NCBI GenBank assembly: GCA_965249725.1
Contig: CBDFMQ010000002.1
Span: forward strand, 2,208,001 to 2,272,000
Direction of reading: 5' to 3'
DNA length: 64,000 nucleotides
DNA from: Longimicrobiales bacterium
Lineage (GTDB): Bacteria; Gemmatimonadota; Gemmatimonadetes; Longimicrobiales; Gaopeijiaceae
In this document: positions 1 to 10,502 of the stretch, in pieces
Layout of the letters: the number at the start of each line of letters is the position of its first letter
Numbering within the stretch: the stretch's first letter is position 1
The notes under the pieces: generated by a model
Seen by the model: only the letters and a program-made list of their open reading frames with translations
Databases searched by the model: none
Told to the model about the DNA's origin: nothing
Position numbers and translations under genes: made by a program

Positions 1-2
1 TG

Positions 3-527
3 GTCTGGGGTCCGGGCGATACGTCCATCCTGCCCCGTCTGGTCCAGCGCGCCAGGAGGGGCCAGCTGCGTCGCATCGAAGGCCCAGCCAAACGTACCGG
101 ACACACGTACATCGACGACGCCGTACAAGCGCATCTGCTCGCCGCTGGCAGACTCCTCTCCGGTGGGGAGGCCGCCTCCCGCATCAGTGGGCGGCCCTAC
201 TTCATCACCGCCGGGGAGCCGGTCGAGATCTGGACATTCCTGAACGGTCTGTTGGCTGCAGCCGAGGTGCCACCCGTCGAGAAGCGTGTCTCGTTCCGCG
301 CCGCCATGGCGGCGGGGTGGGCGTTCGAGAAGCTGCACGCCCTCGCCGGTGGCAAGGGCGACCCTCGCATGACCCGGTGGATCGTCAGGGAACTCACGAC
401 TTCGCACTGGTTCGATATCAGTGCGGCTCGGAGGGATCTGGGGTACGAGCCCAAGGTGACGATGGAAGAAGGCATGCGCCGGCTCGCGGAGTGGGTGGCC
501 GCTCAGGGAGGAGTGCCGGGTGCCTGA
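3..527 (+). CDS. NAD-dependent epimerase/3-beta-HSD family protein (OleD-like), 5' truncated by window
   Basis: Frame open from base 3: VWGPGDTSILPRL...TYIDDAVQAHLLAA...GRPYFIT...SHWFDISAARRDLGYEP, typical of the extended-SDR/3-beta-HSD C-terminal half. Confidence 0.8.
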   Translation, partial: VWGPGDTSILPRLVQRARRGQLRRIEGPAKRTGHTYIDDAVQAHLLAAGRLLSGGEAASRISGRPYFITAGEPVEIWTFLNGLLAAAEVPPVEKRVSFRAAMAAGWAFEKLHALAGGKGDPRMTRWIVRELTTSHWFDISAARRDLGYEPKVTMEEGMRRLAEWVAAQGGVPGA

Positions 528-1260
528 GCGTGGAGGACCCACCGGGCGTTGGAGAGCCGCCTCAGAGTGGACGCCTCCCGGCATGGATGTCATCGACATC
601 TGGCGGTTGGACCTGACTGTGCTTGACGAGGACTGGGACCTCCTGAGCCCCGACGAGACCGAGCGCGCGCGCCGAATCGTCGTGGCGGACAAGAGTGGCC
701 AGAAGGCGTCGAGCCGCGCGCATCTCCGGCGAATCCTCTCTCGCTACACGGACATCGATCCGGCGGGCCTCCAATTCGAGTACGGGGAGCACGGCAAGCC
801 CGCTCTCTCCGAACACTCCAATCCGAGCTTCAACCTGTCTCACTCTGAGACGGTCGGGCTCGTCGCGGTGACGGCGGATCTTCGCATCGGAATCGACGTG
901 GAGCACAGACGCGACGGTCGAGACTTCTCGGGTCTGGCCCACCGCTTCTTCTCGACGGACGAGAGCGCGGAGTTCGAGAGGCTCTCGGAGGCGGATTGGC
1001 CTGAGGCCTTCTACCGGGCATGGACCCGTAAGGAAGCCTACCTCAAGGCGTTAGGCACGGGTCTGAGCTTCCCGTCGAACGGGTTCAGCATCGACTTCGC
1101 GGCGGGAGGACCGGGCCGGGTAGTGAGCACCGACATGCCGGCGGACGACCCGTCTGTTTGGCGGTTCGCCGACATCGAACTCGGTGCTCACTACGCTGGC
1201 GCCCTTTGCTTCGAAGGACCGGACCGTCCGATCCGGTGGTGGGAGATCCGAACGCGCTAG
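520..1260 (+). CDS. Sfp-type 4'-phosphopantetheinyl transferase
   Basis: HGKP, FNLSHS, IGIDVE and WTRKEAYLKALGTG motifs. Confidence 0.92.
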   Translation: MPERGGPTGRWRAASEWTPPGMDVIDIWRLDLTVLDEDWDLLSPDETERARRIVVADKSGQKASSRAHLRRILSRYTDIDPAGLQFEYGEHGKPALSEHSNPSFNLSHSETVGLVAVTADLRIGIDVEHRRDGRDFSGLAHRFFSTDESAEFERLSEADWPEAFYRAWTRKEAYLKALGTGLSFPSNGFSIDFAAGGPGRVVSTDMPADDPSVWRFADIELGAHYAGALCFEGPDRPIRWWEIRTR

Positions 1261-2165
1261 CCGGCCAGCGGCTGCATGTTCGATACGTCCCACTTGATCT
1301 TCCAGCTACCGTCCTCGCCCTGCTCGCAAAGGAGGAGGAACGAACCCGCCGCGACGGGATCCCCTCCGTCGGCTGCCTCCAGCAGGAACCAACCACCGTC
1401 CAGGGCCCACCCCTCTCCGAGCTCGATCGTGGCGACGTCATGAATGGTGACTTGAACGCCGGGATTCGCCTCGAAGAGCGCTTCGAAACTAGCCGTGACC
1501 GCGTCGCGACCGACCTTGATCGCTTCATCTGCACTGGCCACCGTCGCGTCCTCCGCGTAATACCCCGCGGCTACCGATGCATGGCCCATGTTGAAGTGTG
1601 TAGCGAGCCCACCCAACATGTCGGTCATCGTGCCCTCATCCTCGGGCGGATCCTCGCCATCCCCCACCACATACGCCCACCCCTCGGGCCGGGGCGAGTC
1701 ATAGTTGGTGACCACAGCGTCGATCTTCCAATCACCGGACTCTTTGGTGAACGAGGTCAGGTATGAGCCCGAGACCGCCATCTGCTCACCGTCGGGCGTC
1801 GCAGTCTCAATCGCGTAGGAGCCCAGGGCAACCGCCCGGCCTTCGAAGACCATCATCTCTTCACCCATGAGCGTAATGGTCGGGGTTCCTTCCATCTGAG
1901 CCTCGAGGGCAGCCGCGTTGGCCTCGAGTCCCATGTGGACCCCGCCGTCGGCGCTCAAAGTGACGGCGTCGTCGGTGTAGTACTCGGCCACGACGGACGC
2001 GTGGTGCATGTTGTAGTGCTGCGCCCAGCTGTCGCGAAGCTCGGTCAGCGCTTGCTCGTCAGCGGACATCGCATCTGCGGGCGCGTCCGCGGCCGTCTCA
2101 TCCCCGTAGCCGCAGGTGATGAGCAGCAGGGTGAGCAGTACGGTGGTCAATGAGCGGGTCTTCAT
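1257..2165 (-). CDS. Lipoprotein with two NTF2-like (DUF4440/SnoaL-type) domains
   Basis: Start MKTRSL with lipobox-like LITC; two repeats of HYNMxHASV..YY..DA...WKI. Confidence 0.75.
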   Translation of the reverse strand: MKTRSLTTVLLTLLLITCGYGDETAADAPADAMSADEQALTELRDSWAQHYNMHHASVVAEYYTDDAVTLSADGGVHMGLEANAAALEAQMEGTPTITLMGEEMMVFEGRAVALGSYAIETATPDGEQMAVSGSYLTSFTKESGDWKIDAVVTNYDSPRPEGWAYVVGDGEDPPEDEGTMTDMLGGLATHFNMGHASVAAGYYAEDATVASADEAIKVGRDAVTASFEALFEANPGVQVTIHDVATIELGEGWALDGGWFLLEAADGGDPVAAGSFLLLCEQGEDGSWKIKWDVSNMQPLAG

Positions 2166-2274
2166 GGGCGTACCTCCAGCGGATAGGGCGCGGTTAAACC
2201 GCGGACACGTAGAGTGGGGCCTCTGTTGAAGCCCGTCAAACACTTCGGCGCACTCCGGACCTCGAGGCGAACCT

Positions 2275-3237
2275 TCAGACCTCGACAGCCAACTCCCCGT
2301 CGAGGATGACGGCTCGCCCATCGAACCACACCGACGGACTTCGGATGATGGCATCGAAGTGGGTCTTGGCCTGCACCTGGCCACCCAGATTGGCGGAGGT
2401 GCCGATGCCCATGTGAATCGTCCCGTTCACCCCTTCGTCGTTGAGCATCTCACCGGTGAACTCGGTGCAGAGCGGATTCAGGCCGATGGCGAACTGGGCG
2501 ACGTTGTAGACCGCCGGGTCATCCTGCCGCGCCAGGAGCTCACGCAGAAACGTGGCTTGGTCCCCACCCTCGATCGACCGCACCACACCATCCGAGACGT
2601 CGAAGACGACCGGCTCATCGATCACTCCCACTCCGTAGTACGGAATGCTCCCGTCCACCACCAACCGGCCCTGCGTGGTCCCCTCCAGAGGCGACGTGTT
2701 GGCCTCGATGTTCGGAACCGCCGTGAAGCCCGGCGCCTGGACGATGCAGGAATGGCTGTTCCCCGCTCTTCCAGCCGTCGAGAAGCTCAGCTCCGTTCCG
2801 GCCGGACCCGTGACCCGCACGTGCTCTGAATCGGTGAGAGCCTCGGCCAGGTGATCGCAGAGCGGCTTGCGAGCCCGAAAGTCCGCGAACAGGCCACCCT
2901 CGCGCATCTGCCGCTCCGTGAAGGCGCTCATCGAGACCACGCGAGCTCCTTCCGAGATGGCCTCCCGCGTGGCCCGTGTGTGAGCCAGCGAGTGGGTCAC
3001 CACCAGGAAGATGACATCCGCCCCCGCCATGGCCTCCGCCACAGAGGGGATGGGCTCCTCGTTGTCGATACTCCTGGGAGGAGATACGACGATGTCGGCC
3101 GAACCACCGACGGCGGCCGCCTCGTCCCGTACGGCCCTAGCGATTTCCACGCGTTCCTGGTCGGTGACGATCACCACCCGCTCCCGGGGCCGCACCCCGG
3201 CACACATGCCCACCAAGACAGCGGCACCTTCCCTCAT
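2275..3237 (-). CDS. Aminopeptidase (M29/aminopeptidase T-like), paralog 1
   Basis: GTELSFS..GR, VPNIEAN, VAQFAIGLNP, DEGVNGTIHMGIG, THFD. Confidence 0.82.
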   Translation of the reverse strand: MREGAAVLVGMCAGVRPRERVVIVTDQERVEIARAVRDEAAAVGGSADIVVSPPRSIDNEEPIPSVAEAMAGADVIFLVVTHSLAHTRATREAISEGARVVSMSAFTERQMREGGLFADFRARKPLCDHLAEALTDSEHVRVTGPAGTELSFSTAGRAGNSHSCIVQAPGFTAVPNIEANTSPLEGTTQGRLVVDGSIPYYGVGVIDEPVVFDVSDGVVRSIEGGDQATFLRELLARQDDPAVYNVAQFAIGLNPLCTEFTGEMLNDEGVNGTIHMGIGTSANLGGQVQAKTHFDAIIRSPSVWFDGRAVILDGELAVEV

Positions 3238-3253
3238 AGCCGCGGCGGGTGAC

Positions 3254-4219
3254 TCAAACCAGGATCTCCTTGTCGCGCTGGATGGCCACCCCGTCCACCT
3301 CGATCGTCGGCGCCCACATCAGCAAGTCGTAGTGGGTCGGAGCCATGATCTCTCCACCGAGTGTGAAGCTGGTGCCGATGCCGATGTGGATGGTCCCCAA
3401 CACGCCTTCGTCGTCGAGCATCGCACCCGTCAGCCGGGCGTTCGGATTCAGTCCTACTCCGAGCTCCGCCACGTTGAAGCAATGCGGGTCATTGTGGGAC
3501 TCGAGGTCGGCTCTGAGCAGGTCCGCCTGAGCTCCCCCGGTCATCTCGCGGATGTAGCCCTCGGTGATCTCGCAGACGACCGGCTCGTCCAAGACCCCGA
3601 TGCCGAGGTACGGAACGCTCGCGTCGGCGATGAGCCGACCCTCGGCGCTCCCCGTCACGGGGACGACGTTGACCTCGATATCCGGCACGGGCGCCAACTG
3701 CCCGGGGTCCGGGATGTTCGTCAGTACGTTTGCCGTGCGCCCCTCGATCGAAAAAGTGAGGTCTGTCCCCTTCGGCGAGGTGAGGCGGACCGACGTGCCG
3801 TCGGTGAACGCTGCTCCGATCCGTCGACAGACATCGACCTGCGCCTCGAAGTCCGTTTCGAGGAGCGCAGGGCACTCGAGCATGTCATCGGTATAGGCCG
3901 TCATCAGAATCGCACGGGCACCCGTCTCCAGGGCCGCCCTCATTGCTCGCGTGTGCGTGATGGAGAAGCGCACGGGCGAGAAGATCACATTCGCCTCGCG
4001 CATCGCGGCCGCCACCGGCGCCGGGGGCTCCTGTCCATCGTGCTCCCGCATGGGCATCACACACGTCGTGACCTCTGCACCCACTTCCCGGGCCTCGATG
4101 ATGACCAACTCCGCGATGTCCCGCATGGTGTAGTCCGTGACGACCACCACTCGGTCTCCGGGGCTCACACGTCCGTTTACGTGAACCAGTTTCTGGGCGC
4201 CGGCATTGCCTGAAGTCAT
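3254..4219 (-). CDS. Aminopeptidase (M29/aminopeptidase T-like), paralog 2
   Basis: Start MTSGNAG overlaps the transporter stop (ATGA); VAELGVGLNP, DEGVLGTIHIGIG, THYD. Confidence 0.85.
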   Translation of the reverse strand: MTSGNAGAQKLVHVNGRVSPGDRVVVVTDYTMRDIAELVIIEAREVGAEVTTCVMPMREHDGQEPPAPVAAAMREANVIFSPVRFSITHTRAMRAALETGARAILMTAYTDDMLECPALLETDFEAQVDVCRRIGAAFTDGTSVRLTSPKGTDLTFSIEGRTANVLTNIPDPGQLAPVPDIEVNVVPVTGSAEGRLIADASVPYLGIGVLDEPVVCEITEGYIREMTGGAQADLLRADLESHNDPHCFNVAELGVGLNPNARLTGAMLDDEGVLGTIHIGIGTSFTLGGEIMAPTHYDLLMWAPTIEVDGVAIQRDKEILV

Positions 4220-5442
4220 GTCGTGTTCTCGATGGTTGGCACGGCCGAACCGCCGTGTGCGGGGCCGTGAAAGTGATCCATGAAGATGGCCGTGAAGCCG
4301 TCCCCGGTGCAGTTGGTGGCGGTGCGGAGCATATCGGGGACACCGCTCGACAGCGCGATCCAGGTCGCGACGAACTCGCTTTGAAGCGGCTCCTGCAGAC
4401 CCAACATGGAGGCGAACAGAGTCGCACTCCAGAGGGAGGTGCCCATTCCGGCCGGCAGGCCCGGAGCAGCGATCGTAAAGAGCACCACGGCGGGCCAGGC
4501 AGCCAACAACAACGTCCAACTGACGGGCACGCCGAACACGTAGGAGAGGACGAAGGGGGCGTAGGCCACATAAGCCAATGCGCTCGCGTCCAGGTTCATC
4601 ACCGCCCCGAACGGCAGCACGAAATCCGCCACCTCGTCGCTCACGCCATACTGCTTCGCATTGGTCAGGTTCACGGGAAGCGTCACGAGTGATGACGACG
4701 TACCAGCGGCGAACACGGCCGTGGGGAGGTAGTAGGTCTTCAAGACCCTCCCGATGGGCTGCTTCGCGAGCACCCGTAGCACGAAGAAGACATAGAACGC
4801 CCACCATCCCAGACAGAGCAGCGCCGTGTAGCCCGTCATGAGCAAGTAGTTCGTGACACCGAGTCGAGCACCGAACCGGACGCCCACCGAAATGCCGAGG
4901 AGGAAGATGAACGGGATGAGGACCAGCCCGATACGCGGACCCGCCGCACCGATCCGAGCTTCCACGACCGCGAGCTTGCGGTAGAGGGGATCCCACTTGG
5001 CGCCGACCAACCCGGTCAGCACGGCACCCCCGATGGCGAGCAGCGGAATCGAAGCGCCACCCTCACCCAGAGACGCCAGCATTCTCCTAGCCTCCGTCCA
5101 TCCCGTGCCCGGACCACCCCTTATGGGCATATCGAAGATCAGAGACGAGATGATCAGCCCGAACAGTCCGGCCAGGATGGACGTCAGCAGGTACCAAGCC
5201 ACGACGGACCCGGCCAGGCGTCCCGCCCGTCCCCGCCGCACTAGACCCGCGATGGCCGGGCTGAGGGCGGCGAATATGAGGACCGGCACAAGCCGGATGA
5301 CCCATCTAATAAGAACGATGATCGCACCCGAGACCGGAGCGAGCGGACCGGGGAAGATTCCACCGAGGGCGATGCCCGTGACGAGCACCACCAGCATCCA
5401 GACATAGCCGGGAACGGCCGCGAGCTTCTTCAAACGCGTCAC
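4216..5442 (-). CDS. Dicarboxylate/amino acid:cation symporter (DAACS) family
   Basis: Multiple TM segments; FAAGTSSS..TLP, LPFGAVMNLDA, DMLRTATNCTGD; GTG start inferred. Confidence 0.88.
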   Translation of the reverse strand: MTRLKKLAAVPGYVWMLVVLVTGIALGGIFPGPLAPVSGAIIVLIRWVIRLVPVLIFAALSPAIAGLVRRGRAGRLAGSVVAWYLLTSILAGLFGLIISSLIFDMPIRGGPGTGWTEARRMLASLGEGGASIPLLAIGGAVLTGLVGAKWDPLYRKLAVVEARIGAAGPRIGLVLIPFIFLLGISVGVRFGARLGVTNYLLMTGYTALLCLGWWAFYVFFVLRVLAKQPIGRVLKTYYLPTAVFAAGTSSSLVTLPVNLTNAKQYGVSDEVADFVLPFGAVMNLDASALAYVAYAPFVLSYVFGVPVSWTLLLAAWPAVVLFTIAAPGLPAGMGTSLWSATLFASMLGLQEPLQSEFVATWIALSSGVPDMLRTATNCTGDGFTAIFMDHFHGPAHGGSAVPTIENTT

Positions 5443-5452
5443 CCGACAGCCC

Positions 5453-5896
5453 TCATCTGCGTTGGATGGCGTTGTCCATGTCCGCGGCGATAAGCCAACG
5501 GCCGGACGAGTCCTGTCGCAAGGCCAGGAGGAACTTGCCCTGGTCCGGCGCCTCACCGTAGGCGTAGAGCCCCACGATGTAGCCCACTCCACCCCCGGTT
5601 CCGTAAGCCAGGGCCTTCAGCACCAAGTCCCCACTCGGATCGTCATACCGACCACGGATGGCCGGTCGTCCCCGCGCCGGGCGCCGTTCATTCGAGAGCA
5701 CGAACCCGTCCTCCATGAAGAGCTCAGCCAGGCCGTCGCCGTCGCCCGCCTCCCAACGCGCCTCGTAGTCCCGCAGTACACGGTCGAGTTCCGTCGGGAG
5801 CGTGATGTATGGAATCGTCTCCCCCAGTTCGCCGTCCTGTGCCCCCAGCGACCCCGAGAGCGAGAAAGTCAGCAACACCAGCACCGAGAATCTCAT
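5453..5896 (-). CDS. Secreted NTF2-like (DUF4440) protein
   Basis: Signal peptide; LAELFMEDG...GRPAIR...GKFLLALR...GRWLIAADMDN. Confidence 0.75.
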   Translation of the reverse strand: MRFSVLVLLTFSLSGSLGAQDGELGETIPYITLPTELDRVLRDYEARWEAGDGDGLAELFMEDGFVLSNERRPARGRPAIRGRYDDPSGDLVLKALAYGTGGGVGYIVGLYAYGEAPDQGKFLLALRQDSSGRWLIAADMDNAIQRR

Positions 5897-5921
5897 GTTC
5901 GCCTCCCCTCCCCTCAGACCA

Positions 5922-7178
5922 CTAGTTCGTCAGTCGATTGTACTTCCGAAGCACCTCACGAAGCCGGTCGTGCGGCAACGCGTGGACCGTTACGTCGTTC
6001 GCACCGGTCATGGTCTCCGCCGCGATCAGCGCATTGATGACCGCCTCCTCCGTCGCCTCCACCGTAGCCGCGAACAAGGGATTCAGATCACGGTTGGTCA
6101 GCATCTCGAGGCCGTTGGGGCTCTCCATCTCGGACGCGGACTCGAGATTGGCCGTGGAAAACGCGATGAAGATATCGCCCGAACCGTTTCCGGATGTACT
6201 GCCGTTGCGGGCCAATCCCAGGGAGATCCGCCTCGCCACCCGCTTCAGCTGATGGGGAAGGATCGGCGCGTCGGTCGCGACCACGACGATGATGGAGCCC
6301 TCACGGTCGGAGGCATCGGCACCGTCCTCGAGAGCACCCTGCCCCGCATCGGGCCGCTCGGGCAAGAGGTCGGGAATCTCCACACCGACCGGCACGCCAG
6401 CGACGCGGAACGGAGCCCGGCTGCCGTAGTTGCACTGTACGAGGACACCCAACGTGTAGGTTGCCCCGTCGTACTCGACCAACCTGGACGATGTGCCGAT
6501 CCCACCCTTGAAGCGGTGACATATCATCCCGGTCCCGCCACCCACGTTGCCGTCCACGACGGGTCCGCCCGCCGCATCGTCGATCGCCGCGAGCGCGTCC
6601 TCCACCGCCACATGCTGGCCGTAGGTGTCGTTCAGGGTGCCGTCCCAGGTCTCCGCGACCACGGGGAGCGAGGCCAGCCACCGGCCAGGCCCTCCTTCAC
6701 CACCGAACACCTTGTCGACCCCCCACTGGATCACGGCGTGATGCACGATGCCGACACTGAGGGTGTTGGTGATCATCACCGGACCCTCGAGGATTCCCGA
6801 GTCCTGAACCCACGTGGTCCCGGTCATCTCGCCGTCGCCGTTGAGCGAGAACCACGCGGCGAATACCGGATCGGGCGAAGCCGTGCCCCGTGGGAAGACC
6901 GCCGTGACGCCCGTCCGCACCGGACCCTCCCCGATCACCCTCGGGTCGCTCCCACGGATGACCGTAGCATGCCCGACTTCCACCCCGGCCACATCCGTAA
7001 TGGCGTTGAGCGATCCCGGTGAGCCCTCGAACGGAATCCCGAGGTCGCGAGCTCTCGGCTTCTGGGCCGAAACAGGCGCCGCGAGCGAAATCAGGACTGT
7101 GAGTGACACGGCCAGCATCGGCAGTGTGGGCCTCCGCCCTGCACCGCTACGGCTGGACGGGCTGTTCGGACTCGGCAT
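5922..7178 (-). CDS. dmpA: P1/S58 family peptidase (DmpA-like aminopeptidase)
   Basis: RARDLGI, NAITDVAGVEVGH, ETWDGTLND, GNVGGGTGM, EGSIIVVVATDAP, GSGDIFIAFST. Confidence 0.9.
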   Translation of the reverse strand: MPSPNSPSSRSGAGRRPTLPMLAVSLTVLISLAAPVSAQKPRARDLGIPFEGSPGSLNAITDVAGVEVGHATVIRGSDPRVIGEGPVRTGVTAVFPRGTASPDPVFAAWFSLNGDGEMTGTTWVQDSGILEGPVMITNTLSVGIVHHAVIQWGVDKVFGGEGGPGRWLASLPVVAETWDGTLNDTYGQHVAVEDALAAIDDAAGGPVVDGNVGGGTGMICHRFKGGIGTSSRLVEYDGATYTLGVLVQCNYGSRAPFRVAGVPVGVEIPDLLPERPDAGQGALEDGADASDREGSIIVVVATDAPILPHQLKRVARRISLGLARNGSTSGNGSGDIFIAFSTANLESASEMESPNGLEMLTNRDLNPLFAATVEATEEAVINALIAAETMTGANDVTVHALPHDRLREVLRKYNRLTN

Positions 7179-7339
7179 GGTGGATCCTCCGGTGTGACTC
7201 GGTGGCGGTTACGGCGGCGTCTCGAAATGAGCGATCACGCAGCCCCACTGCAAGGAGACCCCGTCCCTGAAGGAACGGGGTCTCACTGTAAGACTGTGCT
7301 CGGTCGACCTGGGTCGACCTCTTGAGCCTGGGGTCAGCC

Positions 7340-7804
7340 TTAGCGGTGGCCGTCCGGAGGCGGCGTCTGCCAGAGCACGTTGATGATCATCCATCGTCCG
7401 TCGATCTCCACCAGGTGCATGAGGTCGACACCCCAGACCGCCGTCAGCTTGGCCGATGCCGTCTTGTTCATCACGTCGAGGATCTCGACTTCCTTCAAGG
7501 CGGTCTTGGCGTCGACTTCGCCCGAGGCATTCCAACCACCGGCCAACTCGACCAACTCGTCGAACGTCATCGGAGCCGACTGATAGTTCTCTCCGTCACG
7601 ACTCATGTAGCCGATCTTGCGAAGCGTGGGGTGGACGCTCCTCCGGATCCGATCCGGTTGGACCTCATAGATGCCCTCCACGTAGTCCAATACCGCGGCC
7701 ATGACGCCCTCGTCATGGGACATCTGCGCGTCGAGCCGCGCCGCCGCGAACGTGAACACGACTGCCAACGAAGCGCCGATCAGAATCGCTCGCTGTAACT
7801 TCAT
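7340..7804 (-). CDS. Secreted NTF2-like (lumazine-binding type) protein
   Basis: Start MKLQRA with signal peptide; AVLDYVEG...ASAKL..WGVDLMHL...WMIINVLW. Confidence 0.75.
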   Translation of the reverse strand: MKLQRAILIGASLAVVFTFAAARLDAQMSHDEGVMAAVLDYVEGIYEVQPDRIRRSVHPTLRKIGYMSRDGENYQSAPMTFDELVELAGGWNASGEVDAKTALKEVEILDVMNKTASAKLTAVWGVDLMHLVEIDGRWMIINVLWQTPPPDGHR

Positions 7805-7892
7805 GAGGTCTCCTCCTCCACCCGGATTGATGTTCCCAGCTTCACCGAAGCTCCTTCTTACCTCGACGACCTTCATTCGGTCCCGGCCGTGA

Positions 7893-9012
7893 CTACGGCG
7901 TTGCTCCTGCCATCGTTGCACCCGCGGCCTCCACCAGCTCGATGGCGAGCCGATCGAGGTCCTCGATCATAAAAGCACGCGTGTCTCCGAACGGGTGCGG
8001 TTCCTCCAGAATCGTCACGCCCTCCTGCTGCAGTCGGGCAAACCACTCGTCCAGGTCCTCGACCGTGAAGGCCACGTGGTCGTACACCTGCCCCCGTGAC
8101 GGAACGAGCGGCTGGTCGGTGCCACAACGCACGCCGACACATTGGCGGGGATAGGCCGACATGCTCCCGTTCGCGAATCGCCACGGTGCCTTGAGGCCCC
8201 CGGATCGTCCCGACGGACTCCAGAGACGGCCAACTCGGCTCTGCTGTCTCGACCCCGCATGGGTCGTAGAGAGGTCGACGCGACTCTGCCCCGGATTCGT
8301 CTCGCAGGGGCGGCAGGTCCATCCCCAGGTGCTCCACGTACCAGTTGGCGGCACAGAGCGGCTGCTCATGGTAGAAGTGCACGTGCGCGAAGGAATCGAG
8401 TGTGTTCGGCCCTCCCGAGATCTCGAACAGCGCGCCGTCCGGCCCGAGCACGTAGCTGAACCCGCCGTCCTGCGGTCCGGCCGCCTCGGCCTCGGCAATC
8501 TGTGCTTCCGTGCGGATTCCTGCGTACGGGGCGAGTCCCGAACGCCACACTCCTTGGTCGTCGGTGGAGGACGTGAAGAGGGGCAGATGATCTATGCCGA
8601 CGGCGGCCAACCGCTCCCGCACGTCGGTCGTATTGGTGTTGGCTCCGATGTGCCAGAAGGCGCTCTGAGCCTCGGCCCGATCCAAGTCCTCCCAATAGGC
8701 TCCCGGAGGGGGCGTATCCACTCGATTGAAGAGGACGTACATGTCGCCCTCCACGGCGGGGTATCCTGCGACCTCGGTCCTCGAGGCCTCAGGCCAGACC
8801 TTGAGATACCACTCGATCGCCGCGTCAGGGTCCACCGAGTTGAGCATCACGTGATGCAGGCTCGGCATCGAAGAGACAGACGTGGCCTCGGCCGATGCAC
8901 CTGAACCATCCGGCACCTCGCCGGGGGAACATGATCCCGAAACAGCCACCGATCCGGCCACGATCAACGCCGCAGCCTGGAGGCCGCGGCGCCCTCCTCG
9001 AACGTTCTTCAT
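7893..9012 (-). CDS. VOC/glyoxalase family exported protein with a frameshift near 8181
   Basis: LHHVMLNSVDPDAAIEWY and FAHVHFY in one frame; YDHVAFTVEDLD...IELVE in another; removing one G in GTG-G-CGA joins them. Confidence 0.75.
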
Positions 9013-9156
9013 CTTCCCGTTCCCCCGTCAGCAGGAACGTCCATGATCTCACCAGGCTCGGCGACCGTCAAACCCGACTTCCTCCTTGCGGCGTCGGCTG
9101 TCAGATCGTACCGATCGGGCAGTTCGGGCCCCTTTTCCCAAGCTGGATCGTCAACG

Positions 9157-10260
9157 ATGCACAACGCCCTGCGCGGCTCCCCGCAACGTCATCCCTTACT
9201 CACCGTGCTCGCGTGCACGGCGGTGATTACCTGGACTCCCCTTCCGAGCTCTGCTCAGGAGGCCTCCTCCGACTCTCTGCCCACGGTCGTCGTGCTCTCA
9301 ACCGGTGGAACGATCGCCAGCGTCTACGACCCGGAGCGCGGCGGATTCGCCCCCGCCCTGAGTGGCGAGGACCTGATTTCGGCCGTTCCGGGGATCGACG
9401 ATGTCGCCCAACTGGAGGTGGAGCAGATCGCTAACATCGCAAGCACCGACATGACGCCTGCGATCTGGCTCGAGATCTCGCGCCGGTCCGAGGCCTTGTT
9501 GGCCCGCCCCGACGTGGCGGGGGTCATCGTGACCCACGGCACGGACACCCTCGAGGAGACGGCCTTCTTCCTCGACCTCACGGTCAACAGCACCAAACCC
9601 GTGATCCTCGTGGGAGCACAGCGAGCGGCGTCGGAGCCGGACAGCGACGGGCCCAGGAACTTGGGCGATGCGGTCCGTGTGGCCGTGTCGGAGGCCGCCC
9701 TCGGGATGGGCACCTTGGTCGTGATGAATGGAGAGATCAACGCGGCCAGGGAAGTCACCAAGACCCACACCATGCGCGTTGAGACGTTCAGATCCCTCGA
9801 ATATGGCCGACTCGGAACCGTCGACCCCGACGGTGTTCGTTTCTACCGAGCTCCGCTGAGACGGCAGTCCGTTCCCCTCGCAGCCAACGCCGATTTGGGG
9901 CGAGTCGAGATCGTATCGACGTACGCCGGAGCCGACGGTCGCGTGGTGCGCGGGATCATGGCCATGGGTGGTCTCGACGGTCTGATCGTCGAAGCCGCGG
10001 GCGTGGGCAACCTGGCCGGCGCATTGTTCGAGGCGCTCGTCGAGGTACGGGATGCGGGGATCCCGGTCGTCGTCAGCACCCGGGTCACCACGGGGCGCAC
10101 ACTCCCGCTCTACGCCGGCAAGGGGAGCGGCGTGAGCCTTAGTGAGATCGGATGCATCTTCGCGGACAATCTCAGTCCCCAGAAAGCGCGCGTGCTCTTG
10201 TTGGCGGCCCTGGCCGCATCATCCGGCGACGAGGAGCTGGAAGCGTATTTCGCGCGCTGA
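9157..10260 (+). CDS. Type II (periplasmic) L-asparaginase
   Basis: STGGTIAS, THGTDTLEETAF, GAQR and SPQKAR motifs; signal peptide. Confidence 0.92.
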   Translation: MHNALRGSPQRHPLLTVLACTAVITWTPLPSSAQEASSDSLPTVVVLSTGGTIASVYDPERGGFAPALSGEDLISAVPGIDDVAQLEVEQIANIASTDMTPAIWLEISRRSEALLARPDVAGVIVTHGTDTLEETAFFLDLTVNSTKPVILVGAQRAASEPDSDGPRNLGDAVRVAVSEAALGMGTLVVMNGEINAAREVTKTHTMRVETFRSLEYGRLGTVDPDGVRFYRAPLRRQSVPLAANADLGRVEIVSTYAGADGRVVRGIMAMGGLDGLIVEAAGVGNLAGALFEALVEVRDAGIPVVVSTRVTTGRTLPLYAGKGSGVSLSEIGCIFADNLSPQKARVLLLAALAASSGDEELEAYFAR

Positions 10261-10407
10261 CCCCCTTCACACGGGCATGGTCAGCCCGTAGAAGCGACCT
10301 TGGACGCAGGTGTGGATTCACCAGGAAGGACATGCCCCGACAGTAGCCTCATGTCCCGAGCGGAGCCACGGGCACACTCGGGTTCCAACCATCCTCCGTT
10401 TTAGGCC

Positions 10408-10460
10408 GTCTAGTGTTGTAGACGGTCTACCATTGTAGGCGATCTACAATTACTGTAGAC
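10408..10460. promoter_or_regulatory. Three tandem inverted repeats (TCTA..TAGA type), candidate PadR operators
   Basis: GTCTA-gtgttg-TAGAC, GTCTAC-catt-GTAGGC and TCTACA-attac-TGTAGA directly upstream of padR. Confidence 0.6.
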
Positions 10461-10502
10461 GCCCCACAGTCGCAGACAGACAGCGGAGAATCGGCCGAAC
10501 CA

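Noticed and set aside
3011..7022. Long plus-strand ORFs (3011-4213 and 5802-7022)
   Set aside because: Antisense shadows of well-supported minus-strand genes, as expected in high-GC DNA
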